NCBI GenBank assembly: GCA_003697105.1
Contig: RFFQ01000105.1
Coordinates: 1-32,279, forward strand
Origin: Gemmatimonadota bacterium
GTDB taxonomy: Bacteria > 4572-55 > J002
DNA: 32,279 nt
Reading direction: 5' to 3'
The notes beneath the pieces are model-generated. The model saw only the letters and a program-made list of their open reading frames with translations. It was not told where the DNA came from and made no database searches. Below, piece by piece: positions 1-8,847 of the stretch. How positions within the stretch are numbered: position 1 is the first letter of the stretch; each line of letters begins with the position of its first letter. Both the position numbers and the translations under genes were made by a program.

Positions 1-483
1 CGCTAAAAACTCGTCTTCCAGCGCCGGTTGTTCACTCTCCGCTGCCAGAAATTCATCTTCCAGCGCCGGTTGTTCTGCCTCCGCTGTTAAAAACTCATCT
101 TCCAAAGCCAGGGGCTCGCTTTCCACCGCTAAAAACTCATCTTCCAGTGCCGGTTGTTCTGCCTCCGCTGCCAGAAATTCATCTTCCAGTGCCGGTTGCG
201 CCGCTTCCACCGGAGGAGCAGGTTCTGCCTCAAAAAACTCATCTTCCAGTGCCGGTTGCGCCGCTTCCACCGGAGGAGCAGGTTCTGCCTCAAAAAACTC
301 ATCTTCCAGTGCCGGTTGTTCACTCTCCGCTGCCAGAAATTCATCTTCCAGCGCCGGGGGCTCGCTTTCCACCGCTGGGGAGAGTTCGACATCGAAAAAC
401 TCATCTTCTAATAAAAACGAATCGTCTCCCACCGATTCAGTTACCGGCTCTGAGGGCGCCACATCAAAGAATTCATCCTCTAG
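1..483 (-). repeat. Coding tandem repeat: about ten LEDEF(F/L) units of mostly 14 or 20 aa
   Basis: Bases 181-240 and 241-300 are identical (60-bp unit, LEDEFFEAEPAPPVEAAQPA). They are flanked by 42-bp variants (LEDEFLAAESEQPA, LEDEFLTAEAEQPA, LEDEFLAVESEPLA). All are in frame with the HPt ORF. Confidence 0.95.
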
Positions 484-3165
484 TGGTGACGTGCTAGGTG
501 TTTGCGCCTGAACAGCATTCATCCATGCTTGAATTTGTTGGAGAAGTTGGGGTGCATCAATGGACATTCCTTCCAAACCGTCCACTAATTGCCCCAGTGC
601 TTGGGTAGCCTGTTCCAATGTTGGAAGATTAGCGGCGGTGATCGTCAGTTCACCCTCTATCGCACTTTTGATTGTGTTTCGGATGGCAGACGCCGCGTCG
701 GAAATCCGCTTGAGGTCCAGCATGGCGGCGGAACCCATCAAGGTATGCAACGCCCGTTGTATTTTTTCCAGTGGCTCAGAGTCTGTCAGGTTAGCTTGCA
801 ATACGACCAGTTGCTGTTGAACGGTTTCCAGATGGTCGCGGGCTTCTGCCAAAAAGAAACTGAGTACTTCCGGTGTCAACTGGGGTTCTGACGGAGGTGT
901 GACACCGGGTTCTGCGGGGAGAGGTGCCAGCGTTGGAGCTTGCCCGAGGGCGGCAAACCGGTCTCGAATCACCCCATAAATAGAGGGTTCATCCACCGTT
1001 TCACCTTCGAGTTGGCCCAGTAGCGTGGTGATGGTTTCTGCTCCATCCCGCAGGGCTTCCGCATAATCGATATCCAACATCAACGTACCGGACTCCACCT
1101 GTTTGAGGGTGTTCTCCATCAGGTCGGCAATGCGGGCGATATATTCTAATTTTTCGTGTTCGGCGCGATGTTTAATGGTAACTACCGCTTGGATGGCTTT
1201 GTGCAAAGCCGCCTCGGAACGTTGCATCTCATAGCGGGACATCTGGCCGGAAAACTCGCGAATCTGTTCCAAAAAGTAGCCCAATATGCTATCTGCCGGA
1301 ATGGCGGGTTTTGGTGGTGGCGGTGTTTCTATCTCATGTTCGACGAGCAGGTCGCCAGTTGGAGCAGGTACTGGCTTGGCTACTTCGAGATCGGTTGGAA
1401 CGGGCATTCCGATCATCTCGAAGCGTTCGCGCATGAGTTTCATAATTTCAACATCATCGACTCGCTCACCCGTCATAGAGGAGAGAAAGGTGATAAACGA
1501 TTCCCCACAATCGTGAAGCAAGTCTGTGACATCCGGGTTCAATTCCATCTCACCCGTTTGTAATTTCTCAAACAAGGCACGCACGATTGCCGTCAATTGG
1601 ACGAGTGACGTCATCTGAACACCTTGTGCCCCTTCATGGAGGTACGCCAAATGCTCGTAAATGGCATTCAGATTTTCCGGGTCGAGGGGGTTACCCTGAA
1701 ATAGTTTTTCCGAGTAGCCTTGCACGTGGGTTAATGCTTCAGACAAGAACTCACCCGGAGCGATGGTCGATGCGGTGGAAGCGGTCTCTTCCGGAGCAGA
1801 CATCGCTTCAAATGAGGGAGCTTCGGAGGCTTCTGGTGGGGTGATCAGGATATCCTCACCGGTGCCATCCAGAGTGATGAACGCTTTTCGGACCGTCGAA
1901 ACAACGTGGTCTGGATTGATCTCTTGCCCAGCAAGGGCGGAGAGAAGCGAATTTAGCCCAACTTTCACCTGTTGCATCGCTCGCGCCAACCGGTCATCAT
2001 AGATGCGCGTGCCATTTTTCAGATCATCCAGAATCGGGGAAAGAAGGTCACACACTTCCACGACAGCACTTTGATCGGCACGGATCGCCCCTTCTCGAAG
2101 TTCCGTAACATGCTGGATGGCGTTATCTAAGCTACTATCATCAAAAGGGTTATCTCGATACTGCTGGAGTTGATCCGTGAACATTCGCACAAAATTTAGT
2201 CCTTGATTCAAAAATGTACCAGTACCGGCATCTGCCGTACTAAAATCACCCCCGAAAACATCACCGGAAGGCGGTGCAGAGCCGGTTGGGGCGGGTGGCG
2301 CGGTATCTGCAGAAAAATCAAAAAAGTCGGTATCCATCGCCACGGGCGGGGTTTCGATTTCCTCCATAATATGAAGCGGGAGATCGCGCATTTGTTCCCG
2401 CAGGGCATCGATCAACGCGGCATCATCAACTTGTTCGCCCAATAAGCCGCCTAACATGGAAGTAACAGACTCCATCACATCCCGCAAGAACATATCAATG
2501 TCATCACGGAGCGAAATCATCCCCGTGGAGAGGGCATCGCTCACTTGGCGGGCAAAGTTTGCCAGCGTGGCAATGCTGTTCATACCATATTCTTGGGCAG
2601 AGTTTAATAACTGTGTCGCGATAACCTGCATTTGAGCGGCATTGTGGAGTTCGGTAGGATTTTCCCGAAGAGCGGCTAAAGTCTCGGTAAATTCCTTGAC
2701 GGAGGATAATATTTGTGGGAGTGCGGTATTTTTGCTGGCAGCACCGGCAGTGCCGGAATGCGCACCGCTAGTCTGCTGCCTGAGAAGTTCAAGCGTATGT
2801 TCCCGCACCTGAGCGGGGTTTACAGATAAGTCTTCACCCAGAGCATGTTCCATCAAACGGAGCATATTGTGCTGAACCTGAGCCATCACCCGAACAGCGT
2901 GGTCATCTGCCGGAATGTGTCCGTGCCGAATATGGGTGATATATGCCTCCAATTCGGCCATCACGTGTGCCACATCCGTGAAATTAAACGAATTGGCAGA
3001 TTCCTGAATTGACCGGCAGTTCGCTTCAATGTGTTCGATCAGTAGCATATCATTGGGTAAGGATTGCAACTGATCGAGCAACCCACCCAACTGCTCAATT
3101 TTTTCTTTTACTTCCACCACAAAGAAGCCAGAGATGAGGTCTGAGCCCTGATCCAGTTCAGCCAT
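1..3165 (-). CDS. Large multi-HPt-domain signalling protein (CheA/ChpA-like), 3' end beyond window; >1055 aa
   Basis: Manual translation: ATG at 3165 with GAGGT RBS at 3174-3178, open to base 1. Begins MAELDQGSDLISGFFVVEVKEKIEQLGGLLDQLQSLPNDMLLIEHIEANCRSIQESA, a CheA P1-like pattern. Six ~115-aa helical repeats are separated by Pro/acidic linkers. The sixth has FFLAEARDHLE...QRALHTLMGSAAML (His codon at 745-747). Absent from the ORF track because there is no stop in the window. Confidence 0.85.
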   Translation of the reverse strand, partial: MAELDQGSDLISGFFVVEVKEKIEQLGGLLDQLQSLPNDMLLIEHIEANCRSIQESANSFNFTDVAHVMAELEAYITHIRHGHIPADDHAVRVMAQVQHNMLRLMEHALGEDLSVNPAQVREHTLELLRQQTSGAHSGTAGAASKNTALPQILSSVKEFTETLAALRENPTELHNAAQMQVIATQLLNSAQEYGMNSIATLANFARQVSDALSTGMISLRDDIDMFLRDVMESVTSMLGGLLGEQVDDAALIDALREQMRDLPLHIMEEIETPPVAMDTDFFDFSADTAPPAPTGSAPPSGDVFGGDFSTADAGTGTFLNQGLNFVRMFTDQLQQYRDNPFDDSSLDNAIQHVTELREGAIRADQSAVVEVCDLLSPILDDLKNGTRIYDDRLARAMQQVKVGLNSLLSALAGQEINPDHVVSTVRKAFITLDGTGEDILITPPEASEAPSFEAMSAPEETASTASTIAPGEFLSEALTHVQGYSEKLFQGNPLDPENLNAIYEHLAYLHEGAQGVQMTSLVQLTAIVRALFEKLQTGEMELNPDVTDLLHDCGESFITFLSSMTGERVDDVEIMKLMRERFEMIGMPVPTDLEVAKPVPAPTGDLLVEHEIETPPPPKPAIPADSILGYFLEQIREFSGQMSRYEMQRSEAALHKAIQAVVTIKHRAEHEKLEYIARIADLMENTLKQVESGTLMLDIDYAEALRDGAETITTLLGQLEGETVDEPSIYGVIRDRFAALGQAPTLAPLPAEPGVTPPSEPQLTPEVLSFFLAEARDHLETVQQQLVVLQANLTDSEPLEKIQRALHTLMGSAAMLDLKRISDAASAIRNTIKSAIEGELTITAANLPTLEQATQALGQLVDGLEGMSIDAPQLLQQIQAWMNAVQAQTPSTSPLEDEFFDVAPSEPVTESVGDDSFLLEDEFFDVELSPAVESEPPALEDEFLAAESEQPALEDEFFEAEPAPPVEAAQPALEDEFFEAEPAPPVEAAQPALEDEFLAAEAEQPALEDEFLAVESEPLALEDEFLTAEAEQPALEDEFLAAESEQPALEDEFLA

Positions 3166-3258
3166 TTTGTATTACCTCAATGTAATCATAAAAAATCAGT
3201 CGCAACCATGCGACAGCTAAGAAAACATGGGCGATATGAGATATAAGATGCGACTAAT

Positions 3259-3287
3259 ATTTTAGCAAAGTACGGAAATATTGTCAA
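3259..3287 (-). promoter_or_regulatory. Sigma70-type promoter for the multi-HPt gene
   Basis: TTGACA (3287-3282), 17-bp spacer, TAAAAT (3264-3259), with an extended -10 TG. Confidence 0.7.
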
Positions 3288-3435
3288 TTAGATTTTTCCA
3301 CTTCACCTAACGGTTTAAGTCTATTAGAATAACTGTATTATTTTAGGAGACCTACCGTATAATTCATTCACAGGCGGCTTCAACATAAAACAAAAGCAAC
3401 TTACTGAAAAATCAGTAGAAATGGGCAATTTTTTC

Positions 3436-3464
3436 TTGACTTTTCACACGGAATCCGATAGAGT
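3436..3464 (+). promoter_or_regulatory. Sigma70-type promoter for the NIF3 gene
   Basis: TTGACT (3436-3441), 17 bp, TAGAGT (3459-3464). It lies inside the ORF-track N-terminal extension, which supports the 3529 start. Confidence 0.6.
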
Positions 3465-3528
3465 GATTTCATATTGTGTCCACTCATCATTTATCACCTT
3501 GAATTTATACGGCGATAGGGGGGTTTCC

Positions 3529-4281
3529 ATGCTTCGCGATACGCTTGTCAGTTATTTGGATGAATATTTACGCCAGTCGGAAATTGCCGATATTTCGCAA
3601 AATGGATTACAAGTAGAGGGTGCGGCGGAAGTTCACAAAATCGCCGTCGCCACAGATGCATGTTTGGAATCCTTTGAAAAAGCGCGTGACGAAAACGCCC
3701 AGATGTTATTGGTGCATCATGGCTTATTTTGGGGGCACCCCGTATTGATGACCGGACGCCATAAAAAACGATTTAAGGTATTGCTGGATAACGAAATTTC
3801 GCTATACGCCTCCCATATCCCGCTAGATGTCCATCCTGAAGTGGGGAACAACGTCCAATTAGCAAAAGAACTTGAGTTGACCGTCACCGGAACCTTTGGC
3901 GAATTTAAGGGAACCCCTGCCGCACTCTCCGCACGAATGCCGCGCCCCACCCCATTAAATGAGATGATCGAGATTCTCAATGATAAACTGAATACCACCG
4001 TCCATGCCACCGCATTTGGGCCGGAGACCATCCGCACCGTTGGGATTTGCTCTGGAGATGCCATCAATTTAGTGGAAGAAGCCGTTAATCTCAAACTCGA
4101 TCTATTCATCACCGGTGAAATGAGCCACGTCTTTTACCACACAATCAAAGAACGTGCGATGAACGTGATCTACGCCGGACATTATGCCACCGAAACTCTC
4201 GGCGTACGAGCTTTAGCAGAACATCTGGCGGAACGCTTCGGCTTTGAGACCGTGTTTATCGATATCCCCACCGGCATGTAA
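3529..4281 (+). CDS. NIF3/YbgI-family dinuclear metal-centre hexameric protein
   Basis: Motifs NGLQVEG, LLVHHGLFW, LYASHIPLDVHPEVGNN, FITGE, AGHYATE. Start moved to ATG 3529, which follows an AGGGGGG RBS-like tract. Confidence 0.93.
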   Translation: MLRDTLVSYLDEYLRQSEIADISQNGLQVEGAAEVHKIAVATDACLESFEKARDENAQMLLVHHGLFWGHPVLMTGRHKKRFKVLLDNEISLYASHIPLDVHPEVGNNVQLAKELELTVTGTFGEFKGTPAALSARMPRPTPLNEMIEILNDKLNTTVHATAFGPETIRTVGICSGDAINLVEEAVNLKLDLFITGEMSHVFYHTIKERAMNVIYAGHYATETLGVRALAEHLAERFGFETVFIDIPTGM

Positions 4282-4285
4282 ACAC

Positions 4286-4306
4286 GCCATGATGGCGGAT
4301 CATGGC
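4286..4306. terminator. Hairpin between convergent genes (possible bidirectional terminator)
   Basis: GCCATGAT-ggcgg-ATCATGGC perfect 8-bp stem, but no strong U-tract. Confidence 0.4.
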
Positions 4307-4314
4307 TCATTGCC

Positions 4315-7300
4315 TTATTTGTCTTTTGGGAATGGGGGGACGGGGGGTAGGTTATATTCACCTTGAGTTTTCAATTCTTCCAAAATGACTTCAATCGCCG
4401 TGTCAAGTTGGTCATCGATCCCTAAAAATTCACGGTGGGGGTCGTTGTGAACTTCGATATCGGGGTCAACGCCGTAACCTTCGATAATCCATTCCCCTTC
4501 GGTACTGTACGTGGCGTTTTCCGGCTTGGCAAGGCGTCCCCCATCGATCAAACGAGAGGTACCATACATTCCCACAACACCCCCCCACGTGCGGGTACCG
4601 ATGAGTTTGCCCAAGTTATGTTTCCGAAATCGATACGCGAAAAGATCACCATCCGACCCCGCTAGCTCATCAACCAAACAAACTTTGGGACCCATGAGTA
4701 TCGCCTCCGGTGATGGGCTGGGCATCCCGTTACGGGGATAACGGATGACCTCCAATTCCCGCCGTAACCGTTCAATAATCATCGGCGAAACATTGCCGCC
4801 ACCATTGCCCCGCACATCTACAATCAACGCTTTTTTATGGAGTTGCGGGTAAAAGTATTTAGCAAATTCAATCAAGCCGCGTCGCCCCATATCCGGCAGA
4901 TGAATGTAACCCACTTTGCCTTCCGTTGCTTCATTAACATGGCGGATGTTCCCCTCAACCCAATTGTAATAGTACAAGTTATTTTCGTAACGGATGGGCT
5001 GCACAACTACCTCCCGTGCGCCGGCTTCGGTAGGTTCGCTGTTCACCGTTAAGGTGACCTGCTTCTCCACCGTATTCAACAACATTTGGTAGAGATTAAC
5101 CTTGTTTTGGGTGGAACGCCCATTGACCGCGAGCAGATAATCCCCCTCATTTACCTCCACACCAACCTCCGTTAGGGGTGAACGCAACGGGGGATTCCAA
5201 TTTTGCCCAGCTAAAATTTTATCAATTTGATAATAACCGGATGCGGCATCAAACCGAACATGTGCCCCCAATAACCCAACGGGAACAGATTTGGGTTGGG
5301 GTGAATCCCCGCCCCATACATACGTATGACTGGTGTTGAGTTCACCGATCATCTCACCGATAATGTAGGTCAAATCGGCACGGTGATTGACATGATCCAC
5401 CAACGGTTGGTATTTGTTGCGTACCGCTTCCCACGGGACACCGTGCATCCCGGGGTCGTAAAAATGCTCGCGCATAATGCGCCACGCTTCATAGTAAATT
5501 TGTTGCCATTCGGCGTGCCGGTCAAGCGTCATCTCCATATCCGAAAGGTCAAGAGTATTCTCAAAATTAACGGTGCCTTTGGGTGCATCAATAATAGCGT
5601 ATTGCTGATTCCGGTTGACCAGCATTTTCTTGCCGTCGGCAGAGAGTTCAAAACCGTCCACCTCGCCTAAATGCTGCTCTTCTTGCTTTGCTAAATCGTA
5701 AAAATAAAGATGATTTTCATCCGTGTGCCGGTAATACCGGATGTAATAAACACCCCCTTTAGCGGGCGCAATCTGGCGATAGGTGCCGGCATCAACCGGC
5801 AAGCCAATCACCCGCTCCGAGATGCGCTCCGGGTCAATATCCACCGGCGGTTCACCGGTGAGGGTGGAATCCTCGATCACCGTCAAGGTCGTATCTTTTT
5901 CCGTGATGTCAATTGCATCCAATGGGTACGGTTCAGGTGGATTATTCTCCTTGACCTCCACCTCATCACTTTGGGGTTTGAAGGGCGAATCCGTGGCGGT
6001 TGATAGGGTTACCAAATAGACCTTTTGCATGTCCTGATAGGCATGATTCCACTCCGTCCAGCTATAAATCGGTTTGAAATCCCGATTTGAGATAAAATAA
6101 AGATATTTCCCATCGGGGCTAAATGCCGGTTGGGATGAGGCATACCACTCACTGGTAACCGGGTAGGTTTCACCGCTATCGACATGATACAAATAGACTC
6201 GTCCCATGCCGGCTTCCTCCTCTGGAGTGCTGTACGTCACCCAGCGGCTATCCGGCGACCACCCGTAATTCCAAAAACGCCACAACTTGGATTGCGCAAT
6301 GGTGGTGACCTCCTTTGTCTCTATATCCACCATTTTTAGCGTAAAATTCCGGTCTGCCCAGAGCAATTTTTGGCTATCCGGTGACCAGATGGGGGTGTAT
6401 TTGTAGGACCGGTCTCCGTGGGTGAGTTGCACCGGTTCACCCAATCCATCTTGCGAACGGATGTAAATTTCGTCTTCTTGGGTTTCATCGGAGATGTAGG
6501 AAATCCATTTGCCATTGGGTGACCACTTCGAATCACGCTCGTGTACGCCGGAGGTTTGGGTCAGGTTGCGGGTGGGACCGTGTTTGGCAGGTACCGTAAA
6601 AATTTCGCCACGTGCCCCAATCAAGGCACGCTTGCCATCGGGGGCAATTTCGTAATTGGTGATCCACTTTTTGACATTGATAATCTCCGCGCGCCCTCCG
6701 ATCCGGTCTTCCAGAATGGTGACCGGCACTTTAGCGGTCGTTTCGGTCTCCAGATCAAAGCGATAGATGTAGCCACCGTACTCAAACACGATGGATTGTT
6801 CATCTGCCGACGGAAACCGGATGTCAAACTCGCTGAATTCCGTCAATTGACGGGTTTCGAGGGTGTTCAGGTCATACACAAACAGATTCATCCGCTTGTC
6901 CGCCGTCCGGTCAGAGACAAAGTAGATACGAGTGCCAATCCACATAGGACTATGGTCATGATCCGCATTTTGCGTGAGGTTGACCGATTCTCCCGTAGCA
7001 AAATCAAAAATATAAATGTCATCCACCATGCCTCCCCGGTAACGCTTCCAAGTGCGGAACTCGATCATCCGTAGGGTATATGCCAACTGCGTTTTATCTG
7101 GGGAATACGAGCCATATGCCCCCCGCGAGAGTGGTAACGCCTCCGGTAGATGCCCTTCCATATCCACCAGATAAAGCCGGGAGCGGTCTGCATCATACGT
7201 CTCAAATGCGGAACGAAAAATCACCGTTTGATCATCCCGCCAACCCATTACCAGATTACCCGACCTCGATTCTGTGTACGTCAGGCGTTTAGGCACACCA

Positions 7301-7590
7301 CCGGTAGCAGGCATCACATAGACTTCACCGTTACCATCGTATGACCCGGTAAAGGCAATCTGGCTGCCATCTGGGGAGAATCGGGCAAAATACTCATACC
7401 CGTCATGGGTCGTCAGTTTGCGGGCAATACCCCCTTCTGCCGGCACAGTGTACAAATCTCCGGCGTAGGTGAAAATCAGTTGGTTATCATGAATCGCCGG
7501 ATAGCGTAGCAAGCGGGCGTCTTCCTGCGCGGTAACCCGGACGGCTACCAGACAGAACAAGATGAGAAACAACCGGGAGAATCGGGACAT
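4315..7590 (-). CDS. Tricorn protease-like S41 peptidase, exported
   Basis: Signal peptide; PD40/beta-propeller repeats (RFSPDG, WSPNG, WSPDS); C1 region with GELNTSHTY; PDZ; catalytic region YIHLPDM, DVRGNGGG, AGSDGD, GTRTWGG. RBS AAAGGA. Confidence 0.95.
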   Translation of the reverse strand: MSRFSRLFLILFCLVAVRVTAQEDARLLRYPAIHDNQLIFTYAGDLYTVPAEGGIARKLTTHDGYEYFARFSPDGSQIAFTGSYDGNGEVYVMPATGGVPKRLTYTESRSGNLVMGWRDDQTVIFRSAFETYDADRSRLYLVDMEGHLPEALPLSRGAYGSYSPDKTQLAYTLRMIEFRTWKRYRGGMVDDIYIFDFATGESVNLTQNADHDHSPMWIGTRIYFVSDRTADKRMNLFVYDLNTLETRQLTEFSEFDIRFPSADEQSIVFEYGGYIYRFDLETETTAKVPVTILEDRIGGRAEIINVKKWITNYEIAPDGKRALIGARGEIFTVPAKHGPTRNLTQTSGVHERDSKWSPNGKWISYISDETQEDEIYIRSQDGLGEPVQLTHGDRSYKYTPIWSPDSQKLLWADRNFTLKMVDIETKEVTTIAQSKLWRFWNYGWSPDSRWVTYSTPEEEAGMGRVYLYHVDSGETYPVTSEWYASSQPAFSPDGKYLYFISNRDFKPIYSWTEWNHAYQDMQKVYLVTLSTATDSPFKPQSDEVEVKENNPPEPYPLDAIDITEKDTTLTVIEDSTLTGEPPVDIDPERISERVIGLPVDAGTYRQIAPAKGGVYYIRYYRHTDENHLYFYDLAKQEEQHLGEVDGFELSADGKKMLVNRNQQYAIIDAPKGTVNFENTLDLSDMEMTLDRHAEWQQIYYEAWRIMREHFYDPGMHGVPWEAVRNKYQPLVDHVNHRADLTYIIGEMIGELNTSHTYVWGGDSPQPKSVPVGLLGAHVRFDAASGYYQIDKILAGQNWNPPLRSPLTEVGVEVNEGDYLLAVNGRSTQNKVNLYQMLLNTVEKQVTLTVNSEPTEAGAREVVVQPIRYENNLYYYNWVEGNIRHVNEATEGKVGYIHLPDMGRRGLIEFAKYFYPQLHKKALIVDVRGNGGGNVSPMIIERLRRELEVIRYPRNGMPSPSPEAILMGPKVCLVDELAGSDGDLFAYRFRKHNLGKLIGTRTWGGVVGMYGTSRLIDGGRLAKPENATYSTEGEWIIEGYGVDPDIEVHNDPHREFLGIDDQLDTAIEVILEELKTQGEYNLPPVPPFPKDK

Positions 7591-7635
7591 GATACATCCT
7601 TTCTTAAATCGAAGGTTTGTGCTAACAAAACGGTG

Positions 7636-7664
7636 AGCATAAGGAAGGCAAGATGTTCAATCAA
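7636..7664 (-). promoter_or_regulatory. Putative sigma70 promoter for the tricorn gene
   Basis: TTGATT, 17 bp, TATGCT, located just downstream of the upstream gene's terminator. Confidence 0.45.
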
Positions 7665-7665
7665 T

Positions 7666-7696
7666 AAAAACGGCGAGGGGGGTTACCTCCTCGCCG
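7666..7696 (-). terminator. Rho-independent terminator
   Basis: Minus strand CGGCGAGGAGG-TAAC-CCCCCTCGCCG followed by TTTTT, ~35 bp after the stop of 7732..8382. Confidence 0.75.
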
Positions 7697-7731
7697 ATAT
7701 AATTGCTATTGTACCCACGAACAACACCAAA

Positions 7732-8382
7732 TTAGTTTTGAACAGGCGTGCCGGAACTGCCAGCACCTTGTCCAAACAGATTTTCCACCGTGAATGCCAC
7801 TGCCACCAGCGCAATAATCCCCACCAAAATTTTTGCCTGTCCGGTCGGAATGTCGTCCCGGACATCCAATTGATTTTGGTACAAGACCTCCTGATTATCG
7901 GTTTGATGCACGGAAAAGGAGAGGTTGATCGCCCGGCGTTCCGGATCGGGCTGGACTTCTGGGTATAAAAAAGCATCGACGTCCAAAATATGACCCAACT
8001 TTTCCCGGTCGGTTGGGCTATCCAAGCGGCGGCTTTGCGGCGCGTCTTCCGGTGGCAGGTATTGCACTACCCGGCGAAGCATGTGATTATCCACAATCCG
8101 CTCAAATCTGCCCGAAGCTTCCAGAGACTTTAAAATCCGCGATTGAACATATTCATGATCATACTGGGTGGCTTGCCGTCCCTTGACACTCAGTAGGGCA
8201 ATACTGTTGATCTCATCTGGAATCGTTTCCACAAGATTCGTAATTAACGATTTAACCCCATCTTCCACAGACGGCAAGGTTTCATCTACCGGTTGTTGGG
8301 CAAATGCCGGTAAATGGAAGGTGCTGATCAGAAAAACTATCGACATAAAAACCAGAAATGATTTATTTTGATGCAAGAACAT
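7732..8382 (-). CDS. Hypothetical exported protein with a CsgG/FlgO/LpoB-like alpha/beta domain and C-terminal hydrophobic helix
   Basis: Strong AAGGAGG RBS; signal peptide ending AFA-QQ; pattern SIALL...L.ASGRFERIVD...KLGHILDVDAFLY typical of CsgG/TolB_N-like folds; C-terminal ILVGIIALVAVAFTV. Confidence 0.6.
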   Translation of the reverse strand: MFLHQNKSFLVFMSIVFLISTFHLPAFAQQPVDETLPSVEDGVKSLITNLVETIPDEINSIALLSVKGRQATQYDHEYVQSRILKSLEASGRFERIVDNHMLRRVVQYLPPEDAPQSRRLDSPTDREKLGHILDVDAFLYPEVQPDPERRAINLSFSVHQTDNQEVLYQNQLDVRDDIPTGQAKILVGIIALVAVAFTVENLFGQGAGSSGTPVQN

Positions 8383-8493
8383 TCGTCCTCCTTACATTGT
8401 GTAGTAAAATTGCCGTAAAATTGAGTTGGGGCGGAGAAGTTTTGTACCCTAATGCGATCTGTAAGAAAACGCAAGCTAAAAGTGAGTGGAATC

Positions 8494-8847
8494 ATGAAAA
8501 TTCAAAATTTTTATACGGATGTACCAGAGGGGCACATCCCGGAAGAGCTTTTTCAGGTTTGGGTTGAGCTGCCACACCTGAAGTTGGAACGCATCATCTC
8601 AACCGGACACGCAACACCACCGGGAGAGTGGTACGATCAAGCATGGGCGGAATGGGTAATGCTGCTACAAGGGCAAGCGGTACTCCGTTTTGCGGATGAT
8701 CCAGAACCGGTACACTTGCGACCGGGAGATTATCTGTTGATTCCCCCCCACTGCCGCCACCGGGTGGAATGGACAGACCCGGAGCACGTCACCCTTTGGT
8801 TAGCCGTTCATTTCCCGGCTAATTCGTTCCATCCAAAAAATACATAA
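8494..8847 (+). CDS. Cupin-domain protein
   Basis: LERIISTGHATPPGEWYDQAWAEWVMLLQG...PGDYLLIPPHCRHRVEWT cupin motifs; likely start is ATG 8494. Confidence 0.88.
   Translation: MKIQNFYTDVPEGHIPEELFQVWVELPHLKLERIISTGHATPPGEWYDQAWAEWVMLLQGQAVLRFADDPEPVHLRPGDYLLIPPHCRHRVEWTDPEHVTLWLAVHFPANSFHPKNT

Noticed and set aside
1-483. Regularly spaced repeats resembling a CRISPR array
   Set aside because: Unit lengths are multiples of 3, the spacers resemble each other, variation sits largely at codon third positions, the repeats are in frame with a long ORF, and there are no cas genes.
129-2445. Short ORF-track ORFs (129..404, 147..497, 154..411, 560..820 and others up to 2203..2445)
   Set aside because: They are alternate-frame or antisense shadows of the 1..3165 minus-strand gene.
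3421-3528. 36-aa N-terminal extension of the NIF3 protein
   Set aside because: It contains the predicted promoter, and the family-like sequence and RBS begin at ATG 3529.
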